NCBI GenBank assembly: GCA_015680685.1
Contig: MNCI01000668.1
Location: forward strand, 1,234,715 to 1,298,714
Length of the DNA: 64,000 nt
Origin: Gnetum montanum
Taxonomy: Eukaryota > Plantae > Gnetophyta
Direction of reading: 5' to 3'
Made by a program: the position numbers and the translations under genes. Below are positions 40,212-54,711 of this stretch, piece by piece (positions within the stretch are counted from its first letter, which is position 1; each line of letters opens with the position of its first letter). The notes under the pieces were generated by a model. The model searched no databases, was not told where the DNA came from, and worked only from the letters and a program-made list of their open reading frames with translations.

Positions 40212-40438
40212 ACTTGTTATGGACAATGTTGTTACAACAAGAATGTGGTTATACTATTGACCAAATGGTATCAAATACATGGTGGATGCTCACATATTTA
40301 TAAGCAAATATGGAGACTATGTCAATGCATATGCATCTATGCAACTATGTTGACACATATGCATCAACACCACTACATCGATGCATATGCATTAATGTAG
40401 CTATAATGTAACAAGTGTCATGTAGTAGAGATGCATCA

Positions 40439-42085
40439 ACAAGGATGTAATTTGGCATTTACAATATCATAGCAAACTGATGCATTTAACAAATGATGCT
40501 TCATTAATAATTGAAACTTCATGAGATAATATATCCAAGTCATGATTTAGAGAAATAAACTATATGGAAAGAAAATTGCTTTCTAGATAATTCATAACAA
40601 TAGTCTATAGTATAGTATGGATCAACCACAATTGAATAAAAGATAGAGGAGATGAATACAACTTCTAAGAGATTTTGACTTCATAATGAAGTATTATCTA
40701 GACAAAGATAATGAGGTTGTAAATGGTCTAAGAAGAGTTGTTAAAAAATTCTATAGTCCCACTATCTTACCTATCTTAAGGATGAGATATTCTCTTAACT
40801 GATCATGGATGTTTGGTGTTAGTAAAAGATTATAACTCTCTCTATAGGGAATCTAATATTCTATGTTAAAAGTTATAGTTTGTTAAGATTTAAAGAAAGA
40901 GTGTATATTCCAATTAGAATCAAATAAAACCTACTTAATAAGGCTCACTTAAGTAAGTATTAAATGCATCCTAGAAGTGATAGAATATATTAGAACATTA
41001 GATGCATAATGTTTATTAATCTGGTGTGAAAATGGAAAGTCAGTGGCATGGATCTCATTAGTCTTTTACCTCATACTACAAGCAAGAAAGATTCTATTTT
41101 TGTAATCATTGATCCTCTAACAAAATCTTCCCATTCCTTTAATACTAAAGCAACAACTAAAGTTAAAAAAATTCTGAATTATTTTTGTTAGAGAATATCA
41201 CATTAGATTAAGTTCCTAATAATATTTTATCTAATAGAAATTCAAAGTTAACTTCTAGATTTTGGCAGTTATTTTAGAAGAGTCTGGGTACTACATTAAA
41301 TCCCAACTCAATGTATCATCCTTAGATAAATAGTTAAATAGAAAAAAAATTAGACTCTAGAAGATATATTCTACACTTGTGCACTAGACTATAAAGATAG
41401 TTGGAATCAAATCCTTCCATTAGCAATGTTTTCTTATAATAAAATTTATGAAATCAGTTTAAAATAAACACCTTATGAAGTATTCTATGACAAACCTTAT
41501 CATACATATATTTGTTGGAATAATATAAAGGACACATAAAATACTAGATAGATCTCAATGAAAAGGCTACATATTAGATGAAGGTCGTCAAAAGTAAACT
41601 TTAAGTAGCTTAAGGTAGATTCATAAAGTATGTTGATAATAGGAGATGACCTCTAAAGCTCAACATTATAGATCAAGTATTTGTTAAAGTTTCATCTTGA
41701 AAAGCATCATAAGATTTGGTAGGATAGGAAATATAGCAACTTTCTACATTAATCCCTTATTAATTTTGAGAAAAGTAGGAGAAGTTACATATCAACTTCA
41801 TCTTTCATAGTAATTACAGTCAATTCATTATGTATTTTATGTTTTCGTGTTGATGAAATATGTTCTGATTCCAAGTTACATGATAGAATGGCAGGTTGTG
41901 TAGCTTTAACTTGATGTTATTTTTATGTTGTGGCTAGTTAAAATTAACGATGGGATGAAGAAGTATTAAGAAGTAAAGTTAGTATAATGATGAAGGTTAT
42001 TTGAGAAAGACATAAAGGCCACGAAGCAAAGTAGAAAGTGAAGAAAGATTTGTATACATCACACCATGGGATCTTTTAGAAGCAA
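40439..42085 (+). pseudogene. pol: Highly decayed Tekay-like gypsy pol (RNase H, integrase, chromodomain remnant)
   Basis: DFDFIMKYY..K.NEVVNGL, KDSIFVIIDPLTKSSH, ILSNRNSKLTSRFW, KVGEVTYQL, IHYVFYV, ILRSK...KVI. Confidence 0.75.
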
Positions 42086-42104
42086 GATTCTTAAGGGGGA
42101 AGAA

Positions 42105-43750
42105 TGTAACATCCCTACCTTACATACATCTTATCTTTTGGTATGTTTATGATTTAAACTCTTGATATCTTATTGTATATTCTATGTCTTGTGTTTAACA
42201 CCCTTTACTAATTTTACTATGCGTATGTTTTGTGTTGCCTAAGCTCTATGCTTTGTAATTATATTTTTAGAGGTTTTTGATGTTTTTAATATATTTTGAT
42301 CTTTTATTTTTATTTTTTTATAATTTACATATATGCACGAACCCTTTGTTATAGTCTTGAGTTAGCAAATATCACGTACTAAATGGATCACTAGTGCATG
42401 GAGTACTACATTGTCTTTATGGTATGCATTGTTTGCACTATCTTATATTTGTTAGGAAAATAATTTTTAAGTAAATACATTTTTTGATATTTTTTAATTT
42501 ATTTTTATTTTTTATTTTAGAAAGTATCATAGTAGTACTTTGGTTAATTATGCTTAGTGCTTAGACTTTGTTATTAGGATTGGTCAAAAAAGAAACTATT
42601 AGCTAATTCATAAAGGATAACTATTGGGCATAAGTCTATGTTAGATTTTTTTTAATTTTATAAATTAACATTTATTTTATTTTCTTTTAATTTTATTTTT
42701 TCCTAGTAAAATTATTCTTTTTGTCTAACCATAGCATACACTTGTGAGCATAAATACCTAACAATCTTTCCATCAAAAAATATTTATTTACATTGCCAAT
42801 ATTTTTTAGATACGACCAAAGGAAAAGACCATGTAGGTTTGGATAGAAGCTAGATCTAGATCTATGCTATAATCCAAGATCCTACTACATGCTTTGTTTT
42901 AGAGCTTATCTTAGAATTTACATAGATCCCATCATTGATCTTCATTTTTGCCTACGGTTTCAATTCTATTTAGAAGATTTTATCCACATGAAGGTTTTTA
43001 GCTATAGCAATTTATTTTACACACAAAAAATTTGATACTTTGCTTTCTTTTTTGAGTTTCTAGAGCTTTGAATGCATGTTCATTCACTTTTGATCAATTT
43101 TAGTTTATTCAACAACTATTTGATAAAATTATTATATATCAAATCTTGTTATTATATGTATTCTACCTAAGATATAGCATTTTTATTATGATTATTCTTA
43201 TTCATGGGATGTTAAAAAACATTTTGACTTTGTTTAGGTTTATTTTAACATCATTTTAATTATATTTTTGAACTATAGTTCTAGGGCTTTCAAAAATACT
43301 TGAAAGTTTGAAAATAACAACTAATCATGTTTATAGGACTTGAGAAGATTAAAATGGTCTTTAGAATCTTAAATTTTTAAATTTTAGCCATTCTTGTACA
43401 ACTAGCATTTTTCTACTCAATCTTAGAACTAATTTTTCTTTTATTTTTTGTCTTTTAAGTTATTCAATTACTTGTGATGAAGAATAATTAGAATAAGCTA
43501 ATGCTTATAATATTTCGTTTTATGCATTTTTAGTTTTATTGCTTAAGTTATCAATTTGAATGTTTTCTTCTGAGCTATGATGTCCATATAGTATTTGGTA
43601 TTATGTATTATTTATTAATCAATTGTGAGGATTTGTACATGCCTATTTTTTATGCAGGTCTAGCTCTATCACAAATATTTATTTATGTAGCATTGGATAC
43701 TTCTATGTATTTTTTATATAATTTTTTATTACTATAGAGACCAATGCCTT
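42105..43750 (+). repeat. Tekay-like 3' LTR (right end uncertain)
   Basis: PPT ttaagggggaagaa followed by TGTAACATCCC at 42105, then long AT-rich LTR-like sequence. Confidence 0.6.
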
Positions 43751-44299
43751 TTTAATATTTTTATTATTCTTAATATTTTTTATATAATTATTCTTTGTTC
43801 TTTGAGTATCTTGCTATGTTTATTTTTGGCTTGGACATTAGAGCACCAAATAATTTATTATTAATGGATAGGTTGGGTTTCATAAACATGGGATCATCAT
43901 CTCTATTTTTAATATTTTTCTTTTCTTTATTCATACATTTTTCTATCCCTATGTGTCCATTTTATGAATGTCTATTGTTTTACTTGTAATTATTTCTTGG
44001 TATCTTGTAATTTATTTTAATTATATATTTTAACTTTTCTTTCCTGAATATCTTTCTAGCCTAAGTCTTGTTATCAAGATGTTAGAAAGATGCACAAGGA
44101 AATTGAATAGCATTTTTGGTATGTTCAAATGATATGTCTTAAGAAGGGCATCTTTGGTATTTTCTTTTCATTGTTATTTTGACATTTGATACTCCTCAAT
44201 CTCCTCCAAAATTTTCTCCTCTACATCATCCATTTCCTTCTCATTTTGAGAAGAGCAACAACTAATATATTTCTAATACTAAAAATAAAGATAATAAGG

Positions 44300-47200
44300 C
44301 TAAGAGTTTTGAGTATGTGAATGAAAGTAATGATAGGATGTTGTCAAGAAACTAGACTTTCCATTTGTTGGTGAAGAGATGAACAAGGAAGAAAGTCACA
44401 AAATTAATATTGCTAAAACTGCAAATACAAAGTCATCAAAGGAATCTATAATAGATCGAAATTCAAAAGAATGAAAAGGATGAAGAAAGTTATAGAAATA
44501 ATCCAAAGAACAAAACTATACAAGAGATCATAATTACAAAGTCGAATGGGCAAAAAAACCACTTTATTGCACTTATAAAATCATAGAAGGAAGGGGAGGC
44601 CATTACTAAATGCAAATGTGAAATATGTGAATGGAAAATAAAGAAAAAATGTAGAATTCATCTTAAAACAAATATCATTCAAAAACATTGTTTCAAGATG
44701 TACAAAACTATGTGAAAAATAGAAAAGAACTCTCAAAATATCCATTTCAAGGATCATTACAATTGATATATTAAGCAGAAAAAGAGATTATAGTGGTAAT
44801 TGAAAAATAGAGAAATATTCAAGAGAAAAAACTATAGTTTATCACAATGTTTATAATGCTTAAAATATAAGACCAATGTCTAATATTATCCATTAAAAAT
44901 AATTTTATGAGTTTTTTGTAGCTCCCAATGTATCTACTCAATGGGCTAAGAAAAGTAGCTGAAATTTGTAGTTTATAGTGGTAAAGTGAAACATAATATA
45001 ATGCTGAGAAGTTGTAAAAGTATACCTTTTCTGATATCTTTAGATAAAATTATCATAGTAGATAATACACTCTAGGTTTATATTAATATGTATGTTGTTA
45101 AAAATTTCAAGTTAGTTCCATACTTACTATGTATACAAAAAATAACAAAGAGTAGTATGTCAAAAAACCTATGTAAACTTATTAAATACTTTGAAACATT
45201 CAAGGTCAACTGAGGAAGACATGGTTAAGAAACTCATCTGTGTTATAACAAATGGTCTAGCAACAATGAAAGAGAACCCTAATGACCTTTGTATTAAATT
45301 GCAAGCTAAGTATGCACCATTTATGATTTCCATGCATTGTATAGTACATTGAATGAACCTAGCTTATAAGAATATTTCCAAATATGAGAACATGACCATG
45401 GTAGATGAACTTATTAAGGAGGCACATGCTTTTAGGGCTTTTCTAAGAACTCTAATGATGATAGTCAAGGAAAAAAGATGTTAAATTATGTAGGGATGAG
45501 ATGAATTTTCATTATTCAACATGTTGATTGAAGCAATACCAATTTCTTGTTGGCTTTATGTATGAAAATCATTAAAAACAAGACAAAAGAAAATATGTTT
45601 TAATGTTTTTGCAAGATCTCAACATGCTACTTACATTGCCTAGAAATTTACCAATGCTAACATAAATAAACAAATTAATCAAGGATATACAAGAGCAAGA
45701 CATGTACATCACCAAATCATGAGTTTACAAAGATAGGTATGTTTGGAAAGTAACTATATATATATATATTGAAAAGTGATAAATATATGCATCTCCTATG
45801 TTTACTAACTGACTAATGTATAGCAATCTACAAAATTCAAACCATTCATGAACCAAAGATGGTAGAGGATATATGGTATTAGATACACTAATAGCATGGG
45901 CACCTCTTTTTGATAAGGTTATCGTAAATGATTACCTTAATAAGCTTGATAATTTAAAAGTAATTGCATGTGTGAAAATGAAGCTCAAATAGGTAGCTAG
46001 CTCACTAGTATCAAATACAAAGAAGTGACTTCCTAAGTATGAGTTACTAAAGGCTATAGTGTTAGTGAATCTAATATTTTTAAATTCATTAAATAATAAG
46101 AAAATTATGAGGATGTCTTTTCAAAAGTATATCAAGACAATCAAAAAAACATTTAGTAACATCATTAGTCTGGAATGTAGTGTACATAGGCATGATTTCT
46201 ATTTTAAAAACTAGTTAAGTAATTTGTGTTCTATATGTTGATATTTCAATGTCTTAAAACTTGAAAAAATGAAGCCTAGGGCTAGTACTTAGAAGTGAAG
46301 ATGCTATCTTGTAGAACTTTGCATAGTTTTGAAGAAGATCAAGGCATCACTAGCATAACAGATTATTTTCACATCAAGTTTGGAGTTTTCTAGAAAAGAT
46401 GAGAAGATGTCTTTCACTCTTGAAAGATATCTTCCATGGTAGAAAGTCATTTTTAATTAACAAATTTTCCTTTCTAGAATCAAGGGAAATTTTTCAACAA
46501 ACATCTTTCACATTTAAAATATGTATTCGAAGCTTAAAAGATGTCTTTCTTTCTAGTAAGATGTCTTTCCCATTAGAATCAAGACTTTTACAAAAGACAT
46601 CTTTATCATAGAAAGGATGTCCTTCCTACAAGAAAGTAGGAGTATAGTAAGATGTCTCAAACCTCAAAAAAGATGTTTTTTATATCCATTAACTAGTCAT
46701 TTATAATAACCTTAATAGTTAATTCTTACAAAAATATTTTATAAGGAAAGCATGAGCTAGAGTTCAAACTATAGAGACATTGTGTAAGCATTAAACATCC
46801 AACATTCAAATGATCTACATAGCACATTCTTATGTTTATGTATTGTTGCATTCTTTGAATATAAAGTAAGGAATCTAAAAAGAGAGTTTTACAAGCTCTT
46901 TGATTCATCATCTTATCTTTTTCTTGAGCCTTAAGAGGTTGTGTGATTCTCTAAATATAAAATAAGGAATCTAAAAAAAGAGTTTTACATGTTCCTTGAT
47001 TCATCTTCTTATCTTTCTCTTAAGCCTTGAGAGGCTTCATGAATTTCTTATCAAAGATCACACATTTGTTTTACTATCAAGTTAGAGTCTTGAACTAAGA
47101 ATCATCTCTACTTTAACCCTAAGGGATTATGTGAATCTCTTAATGGAGATAACACTATTGCATTAGTTTTAGCTAGAGCCTCAATCAAAAACCTAAGGGA

Positions 47201-47735
47201 AAATTGTACTAAATCCTTGTAAAGGTTATCATGTCCTTAAAATCAAATTTTTAAGAGCCCCATGTTCAAAGATGTGCAAAATTTTACTCTATAAGTATGA
47301 AGTACCTAAATTAGGGAATCACATATTTTGTGGATGTGGTTTATATGCATCAAATCTTTATTTTGATTGCAGAACTTATTCATCTTCCCTTAATTTCTCA
47401 ATCCTTAATATGGATAATAATTATTCATCAAATAAAATTCACATCAAACATTTTTGAACATGGCACTATGAAGTTCATATTGAAGAGGTTAAAGATTAGT
47501 TCTATTTTAGAAAAATACATGTTAGAGCACTTTTGTCTATGTGAGTTATTTCAAACAATGATCTTAGAATCAATGGTAAATGAATGGGCATTTAGTGTGT
47601 TGACATTAATCAAATCAAAGATCTAAAATCATATTGAACTCATTTGGAGCAATGCCTTCAAATTTAAGCTTCAAAATATAAGTTTAAAAATTTTCCATAC
47701 AAAGCTATGATAACAATTTAAAATAAAAGATCTAA
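44300..47735 (+). pseudogene. hAT (ZNF862-like) transposase remnant interrupted by a solo LTR
   Basis: KCKCEIC; ISLDKIIIVDN..VYINMYVV; KLQAKYAPFMISMHCIVH*MNLA (hAT CxxH motif, ~45330). After the LTR, the dimerisation motif ILESMVNEWAFSVLTLIKSKI*N. Confidence 0.8.
46238..47407 (+). mobile_element. Sirevirus-like solo LTR
   Basis: Homologous to the reverse complement of 604-1754 (aagatgtctt repeats; gaacttattcatc end). Flanked by ATATG at 46233-46237 and 47408-47412. Internal ~96-bp tandem duplication at 46858-47050. Confidence 0.75.
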
Positions 47736-48639
47736 ACATTAAAGCCTAGGGCTAGTACTTAGAAGTGAAGATGCTAAATAAGAATATTTAAATGCAACCA
47801 TTAACACACCATCACAAATTATTAGATGATCAAATAATATCAATGATTATTCTTATTTTCAAATTAATAATTCTACCTTAATTTCATCATTCTTAGATTT
47901 TTATGATTTCTGTCATAATTATTATTGTTAAATTAGATTAAAAATTTTGAAGAGTTTTTATTTTTTAATATGATGTAATTACTTTTAACTTTAATTTTTG
48001 AATATATGACATTTAAATGTTTTATCCTTGTTAAAAAAAATTTAGGCTAAGATTCTTAAAGGCTAAAATAGTCAAAGACAATTGAATGTGTCCAAGATTC
48101 CATTAGGTACATAAATAACACTTCTATAATATTTTAATATCATGAAAGAGTAAAGGTACAAATATTATAACAATAAAAAAACATGATAAGAAAATAACAT
48201 TTACATTTGGTACTATGCAAGAAATAGAAAATGGAAAATAATAAAATGATACATAAACAACACTATAAAAAGTGAACTCTTCAAATTTCAAAAAAGATCA
48301 GCACTAGTGAAGGGTTCCAATTCAACAATGATTTTTAAAAACTAACTATTGAATTTATTCATTAGTTTGACAATGCAAAAAATTAAAACAAGATTAAGAT
48401 ATTAAATGTTCATCATTGAAAGTTTGAAATGCCATGAACATAACATTAACATTTAGTTTTAACAAAATTATCATTGAGGCTTTCATATCACAAAGTGTAC
48501 ACTAAATAGCAACTTACCAACTTCTAGATCATTCAAATATCTAATAAACAATTGGAAAATAAAAACATGACAAAAATACTTCATAGCTATTATGTAGCAT
48601 ACCACCATTCAACTATTCAAACTAAAGAGACAACTTCTA

Positions 48640-50114
48640 CATTAGCAAAGGGTCTAAGTCTAACAAGGATCATTAGATTAGGAAATGCAACCTATATAGT
48701 GTAAATGAGATCTTTAAAGACATGGTTTTCCCAATGTTAGTTCCCAAACTAATCTCATACAATTATCTATGGCTAACAATGGCACAAACATTAACTTTAT
48801 GCAACCTTTTCTAAACTATCATCCTCATTCAACTATGGCTTTACCTACTACTATAGATGCTTCATGGTAGATCTGCTAAGACCACTTGGACTTTCCTCCT
48901 GAAATCAATGAAATTTGTCCACTTGCAAGATTGGCCGAAATAGTGGGCTATACGACATCATCAATGACCTTGAATAGATTTTCAACATCACGACTTTCCC
49001 AACTAACCATCTTCGCAATTGTTCAGAGGTGACTGATGGATGGTCGATAGTCTTGTTGTGGTGGTGGCGATTATTGGACTTGCTAGCTTATGGATTGTGT
49101 GCTAGGCCCCACTTCCTGTTGTTGGTTGGGTCCTACTATTTGAGGCATAGTGGGCCCAATCATTCACTCTTCCTCTTGCTCTAAGTGCTCACCAACATCT
49201 TTCCTTGGCACCGATGGTTTGAGTAGTTCAGCATATGAAGCATTTTGGGCTTTTCTAGGAACATCATTAGTATAGCCCAAGATTTCAACATGTCTGCACA
49301 GCTTCTTGATGCGACAAGGGAAAGACAAGGCAAGCTTCCCTATCTTTCTTTCCTCAAATCACCTTAATATTTCCATCAAATATAAATGGGATAGATTCAT
49401 GTTAAATTTTTCCATCAAAATTGCACTACCCCACACCACATAAGTAGATAATTTGTTTAAACCTTTGGTGGGGAAAATGTGATAACTGCTAATCTTAAAG
49501 TAAATCCTCTCTTCCAGGGTCAATTCTCCATAAACTTTATTCTCTATGTTGTAAGCTCATTTCAACCATAATTTTTATGCATTTGCATCCAAGAGAGTGG
49601 AAAAATAAGCAACCTTTGGTCCTTCATTTGGAATATTTAGAACCTCTACAATGGCCTTTGCAGAAAAATCAACAGAAACACCACCTACATTGGCAATGGT
49701 GCCTTCCTCCTTTCCATGCTAGAATTGGTAGGTTTCACCCAAATACCAGTCACCACTTTTCAAGACAAGAGGCCATAGTGGAGACACCTTAAGTTGAGTC
49801 TTCATTGGGTCAAGGGCAAACTCAGTGAAAGGCCTAAAATTAAGCTCCATAATCATAGCTGGAAGGGTGGACTTCTCCCAAATGGCTTGGAGACATTCTA
49901 GGGATAGTGTAAGATGTTGCCCTAGTTTTGGGGCTCTAACTTCACCACCTTCTACATGGCCAAATTGCACTATTGCAAGGGTTTCTTGATGAATGTTGAA
50001 TGAGTGGGCCTCCTACTCTACATCTTCTACATGAGGTTTCTAGCCTCTACCTCCTCTCTTATGTTTAGCTACTCCTTAGGAAGGTCTTGCTCAATCTCCT
50101 CTTTTTGGAGCCAT
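48640..50114 (-). pseudogene. Athila env-like extra ORF
   Basis: MAPKRG start; ELNFRPFTEFALDPMKTQLKVSPLWPLVLKSGDWYLGETYQF and LSFPCRIKKLCRHV align to the ORF at 9868. Confidence 0.75.
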
Positions 50115-52395
50115 CTGTAATCACATCAAAATCATTGTTACTAAGGTTTTGTAGAGAAATTTTTATCAATTCATACCTTACTCATTACCTTAATTAATAG
50201 TCCATAATTGCATAGTGTGATTTTTAGAGTTAGAAATATTTTTGAGAAGTGGCTCCAAAAGTTGTTATTGTTGACGTTACAATTGTTTAGGTGGCCTGGG
50301 TGATTGATAAAAATTAGCTTGGCATTTAAACATAGAATGTTTGTTTGGTAAATTTTAAATTTCTTACCCCTATGATATCCTTCAGATGATGGAAAATTTC
50401 AAAAAAGGTATGCTCACTTCCCACTACAATACTCCCCCACAACTAAGTGGAACACTCCAAGTTCAACTAAGATCAAATAGAATCGAAATCAGAATGTTAG
50501 GGAGTGAGATATTGCACTTGGAAGATGGAGATGTAAAGCTCTAAGTTGCAAAGGAAAATTTCAACAAATTTCCTAGTGTCAAAAGAGAGAAATGAACTTG
50601 AAGTAGATGGGGTCATTAGCATATATAGGTAGGGGAGACATAATATCGCATATCCAATATCAGGTACTCAGTATCACGTCAGCACCGAAATGCATTGAAT
50701 GTAGGGACTGAGTGGGAATAATAAATTTTTGATACATAATGAAGGATTGGAGATTAAATTGGAAGCTTTTGGGGTATTTAGAAAATTAATTTTGAGGAAC
50801 CAAAAGTATGTCATGGGGGGATCATATATGAAAATTTGTAAAAAGGAGCTAGGAAAAAGGGTGTATAGTAATTGTTGAGGAACAATTGATTAAAATAATA
50901 AGGGAAAGGATAGTTCACTTAGGTAAGTAGTTGGAGGACGTAAAATAATGTGTCATGTGCAACAGGGACAAGTTACAAAAGTTACACAAGTGGGTCCTCC
51001 CCAAAGCAAGCTCTAGCCTATGATGCCCTTGCAGAACCACACCTCTAATGTCCATAAGCACTAAAGAGAAGCTAAATGCAACATATACCTATGAACAAAA
51101 AACACATGTTAAAACCATTAAGTTGAGATAATAACGCTACATTACACCAACCATAAGTTATGAACACTCAAACAATGAGATGAAATGGATGGTAGAAGGG
51201 ATCACTAAAATCGGAACATGAGGTTTCTAATGATGTTCATAATGGAATCTTGTATGTAATTAGTCATTAAATAACCATGTTTCTAGCTTTCCAAGTTCCA
51301 GACCAAGTCCATACCACATTGCAGTGACATTGCATTGCTTCATCCCATCAACAAACAATCATAAGCCTACTAGAGTTGCAAGTAACATCACTTGGTGTTC
51401 TGTTTAAGAGAGGAGAAAGAGAGGAGTGTCATAATGGCTCACTCTCTTTCTTTCTTCTTTTTCTTCTCTCCTCTCTCTTTTTTTTTCCTTGTGTGTTTGG
51501 CTCTATGAAGTTCTCAGTCATGGGTACATGTCTTTCCAGTGGGACCCAAAAAAGCTTATTTAGTGCCATTTGAGTTGCTCTTACTCCCATTTTTCATTAT
51601 ATCTACAAGGATATAGTTACAGCCTCAGCAACATGATAGAACATACAAAAGTAGCCAAAGAGAATCTACAAATCCCCTTGATGTCATACCCTTATCATTC
51701 CACCTTGGTCCTTTGCTCATCTCGCTAGACATAATGATTATCAATTTATTTATAGTTAGATGATGAAAAAAATTACCATTGTGAGCAGATCATGAACCTC
51801 TTATTAATAGAATAGGTGCATGGACGTCATGGTTTCAATGTCCAAATAATCAGTCCCTTATGACTAGGAAACATAGAGAAAAACTTCACCTTAATGGGCA
51901 ACATGATCAACTTATTCATGGTTGAGATTACAACAAAAAATTGAAAACAACAATTAGAAAAAGTAGAAGAAAATAGATGAAATAGAGAAATGACAAAAAA
52001 TCGTAAGAAAAAAAAGATAAAATAACACTTAAGAATCTTGGAAATTAGAATGGGGGGCGACCCCCACAACTAAACATTTGGTTGTGGCTAGGTTTAATAA
52101 GNCGACCCCCACAACTAAACATTTGGTTGTGGCTAGGTTTAATAAGTGGATGAATAGGATCCATGCATGTATGAAACATTAGGGGCTGATCATGCCCCAT
52201 CCATTGGGTGTCTATTGATGGTATGGTGGCTAGGTAGAGAAATTGTTGGTCACACACCTGATTATAGAAAGCATAGTGGGGTAGGTTAGATGGTGTGTGT
52301 ACATTATGAGGAAAATTCGGCCCACTATGACACCCTTGATGATATGGTAGTATGCACAAATCTATCTATCCCTTCACATTGGTGAATTCACTAGA

Positions 52396-54540
52396 TCATG
52401 TGGATGTTGGAGTGTGAGGTGGAGGCCTAGATATAGTAATAGGTGTTTTTGATGGAGCTAAGGAAGGTGTGGCACCAAGTTTTTCTTGGGCTGGTTGAGA
52501 AGGTGAAGTAGGTTCAGAAGTGTGATTCTTCTTCTTATGGTCATGCCTAAAGAAGGGATGCTTCCAACATTGTATAGGAAACCTACTTTCATTAATAGTA
52601 GTAGCATAAGTTACATTTGTTGGTTGGCATAGTGGTGCAGAACCATCCAATACATCTAATGGTGGTGTGAAAGGAGGTGAAGGATGAGAATATTGAGGGT
52701 GAGGAGAAGTGTGAGATGTATGAGGTGGTGATCCCTCAGGAGAAGACATGGGTCGATGGTACTTGGGAGAGTTATAATGTCAATTGGAGGTGGAGGATTT
52801 AGAATTGGTGGGAGAAATAGGATGTTGAACATAGTAGGCATTTGGTTTTGGCAGACAAGGAGGATGTGGCTAGGTAGATGGTGGCCTTCCCCATTCTGGT
52901 ACATTTTGCCACTATGGTGGGGCAAAGAGTTGAGGCCGATAATAGCTCCCTTTAGGATAGTATAATGGGTTATGGGGTTGTCCATCATTACATTGTGGAA
53001 CAGGGATGCACTTAAACTGATACCTTTGTATGAACTTTGGATGTAGCTTCCTTGCCCAATGCTCATATAGATGTGACAAGACTAGGCAATGGTCCCTTGG
53101 ATGGTCATATAAATAGACATCACATCCATCCTCATTATCTGTAGTTAAGCCTTCGGCCATGTTATCCTTAGCCATTCTCCCTGGTTTCTAAACAGTGTTC
53201 TTAACTATTTTTCATTTCTGTGCCCTCTATTGGTTTTGATTGCTAGGTTTATTCTAGATGACCCTCTCCCCGACAATGTCTTCTAAGTTCACACTTTGCT
53301 CATTTTCCCATACGGTCATCTCATTATTCTTTGCCTTAATTTCTTCTATCACTTTTTGTATTGGAAAAGGTTGGGACTATATCAAACTTTTAGAATTGGT
53401 TGTTTCCTCTTCATTGTAGTTTCAGATCCTTTTTGTTTCTAGAGTTGGGTCTTGCTCAAATTCTTTGGCATTCTCCCATTTAGATAATTCTCTCTCTTCT
53501 TTTTCTAGACACTCTATTAGTTCTTTTACCTAGTGGCCTTGGAGCTTATATAATTATTCACGGGCATACTTTCCAAGGTTCACCCTTGTTTCATTGCTAA
53601 TCCCATCAATAACGTGGAGTATTTACTCTTTCTTAGAGAACCTATGACCTAGACATTTATTCAGTAAGGCATAGTATCTATCTAAGGCCATGTCCAAGGG
53701 TTCCTATTGTTCTTGTTTCCATCTTTGGATTTGTCTCCTCAAGGCGTACACTTGCACATAGGTCTGGTATCTTTTAGTGAAAAGTTCCAACATGGTTGAC
53801 CATCATCTGATTGAGTTTGATTCCAATGATCTATACCACACTTCAGATTTATCAATTAGTGTCCTAGAAAAGAGCTTAAGCTTTTGCCATTTATTTTCCA
53901 CATTGTTGAGCACACAAGCATCATGGAAAGCTTGTAAATGATGCTGCAAATCTGAATCATAGCCTCTTGCAAATTTTGGAATATTATTCAAGTTGAGCTT
54001 AGGTAGTCAACTCTTCTTGTGATGCTTGTGAGATATCTTCACAGACTCTGTGATGTATATTAGACTTTTAGGGATTAATAGGGATTTATCATCATCAGAA
54101 AAGTTGTGATTAAAATCTCTATTTGATCGATGGTGATGATGGGGCTTGTGTTCATGTTGATGACCTTGAGTGTGTCTGTGGGTTTGATTTTTGCTTTTAT
54201 TCTAACCCTTTTGTGGAGCTCTATCTTTATACCTATGTTCATCTTCATCAAAACTAGACATTGAAGTTGAGGGGGAAGATGAAAAGAAGGAACTAGTAGG
54301 ATAGCCATGGCTTCTATAATGTTCATCAAGGCCCCTTGGTTTATCATTTCTAAGTACTAAGGAGGTCTTAGGTCTTAAGGCCTTCCCTAGTTTAGGATTG
54401 ATGTCATCTTCTTCAAGATTGTCTACCATAGGTGAATGTAGTCTTTGAGTGTCGTTAGGGTGGTCATGGTCATGAAAAATCCCTTCATATGATGGGTCAT
54501 TCCAATCTTCTTCATTGTATAATTCATTAGTTCTCTAATG
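52396..54540 (-). pseudogene. gag: Athila-like gag with Pro/His-rich C-terminus
   Basis: IPKFARGYDSDLQHHLQAFHDACVLNNVENKWQKLKLFSRTLIDKSEVWYRSL; knuckle remnant CDVYLYDHPRDHC. Confidence 0.8.
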
Positions 54541-54711
54541 AATAGGTGCACTATGTGGCTCATAATTATTTCCATGTGAGTGAGACATTTTTGTCAATTC
54601 GTGGTGTGTTTGAATACTTCTTGAAAGGTATATCATTAATCCCCTTTTATAGTGATCTTGTGTAATACAACTAATCTAGATAACTAACATTGTCCTTGAC
54701 AATGGCACCAA

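Larger units (their letters stand above)
33105..40438 (-). repeat. 5' LTR of Athila C, split into 33105-33464 and 40212-40438 by a chromovirus insertion
   Basis: Both pieces match the reverse complement of the LTR at 18649-19200; catca terminus at 40438. Confidence 0.6.

Noticed and set aside
39921-40400. Cys/Met-rich short ORFs
   Set aside because: They lie within LTR sequence, and TG/CA enrichment from CpG decay explains the composition.
52058-52146. Exact ~44-bp tandem repeat
   Set aside because: The copies are separated by a single N, which is typical of an unmerged contig overlap at a scaffold gap.
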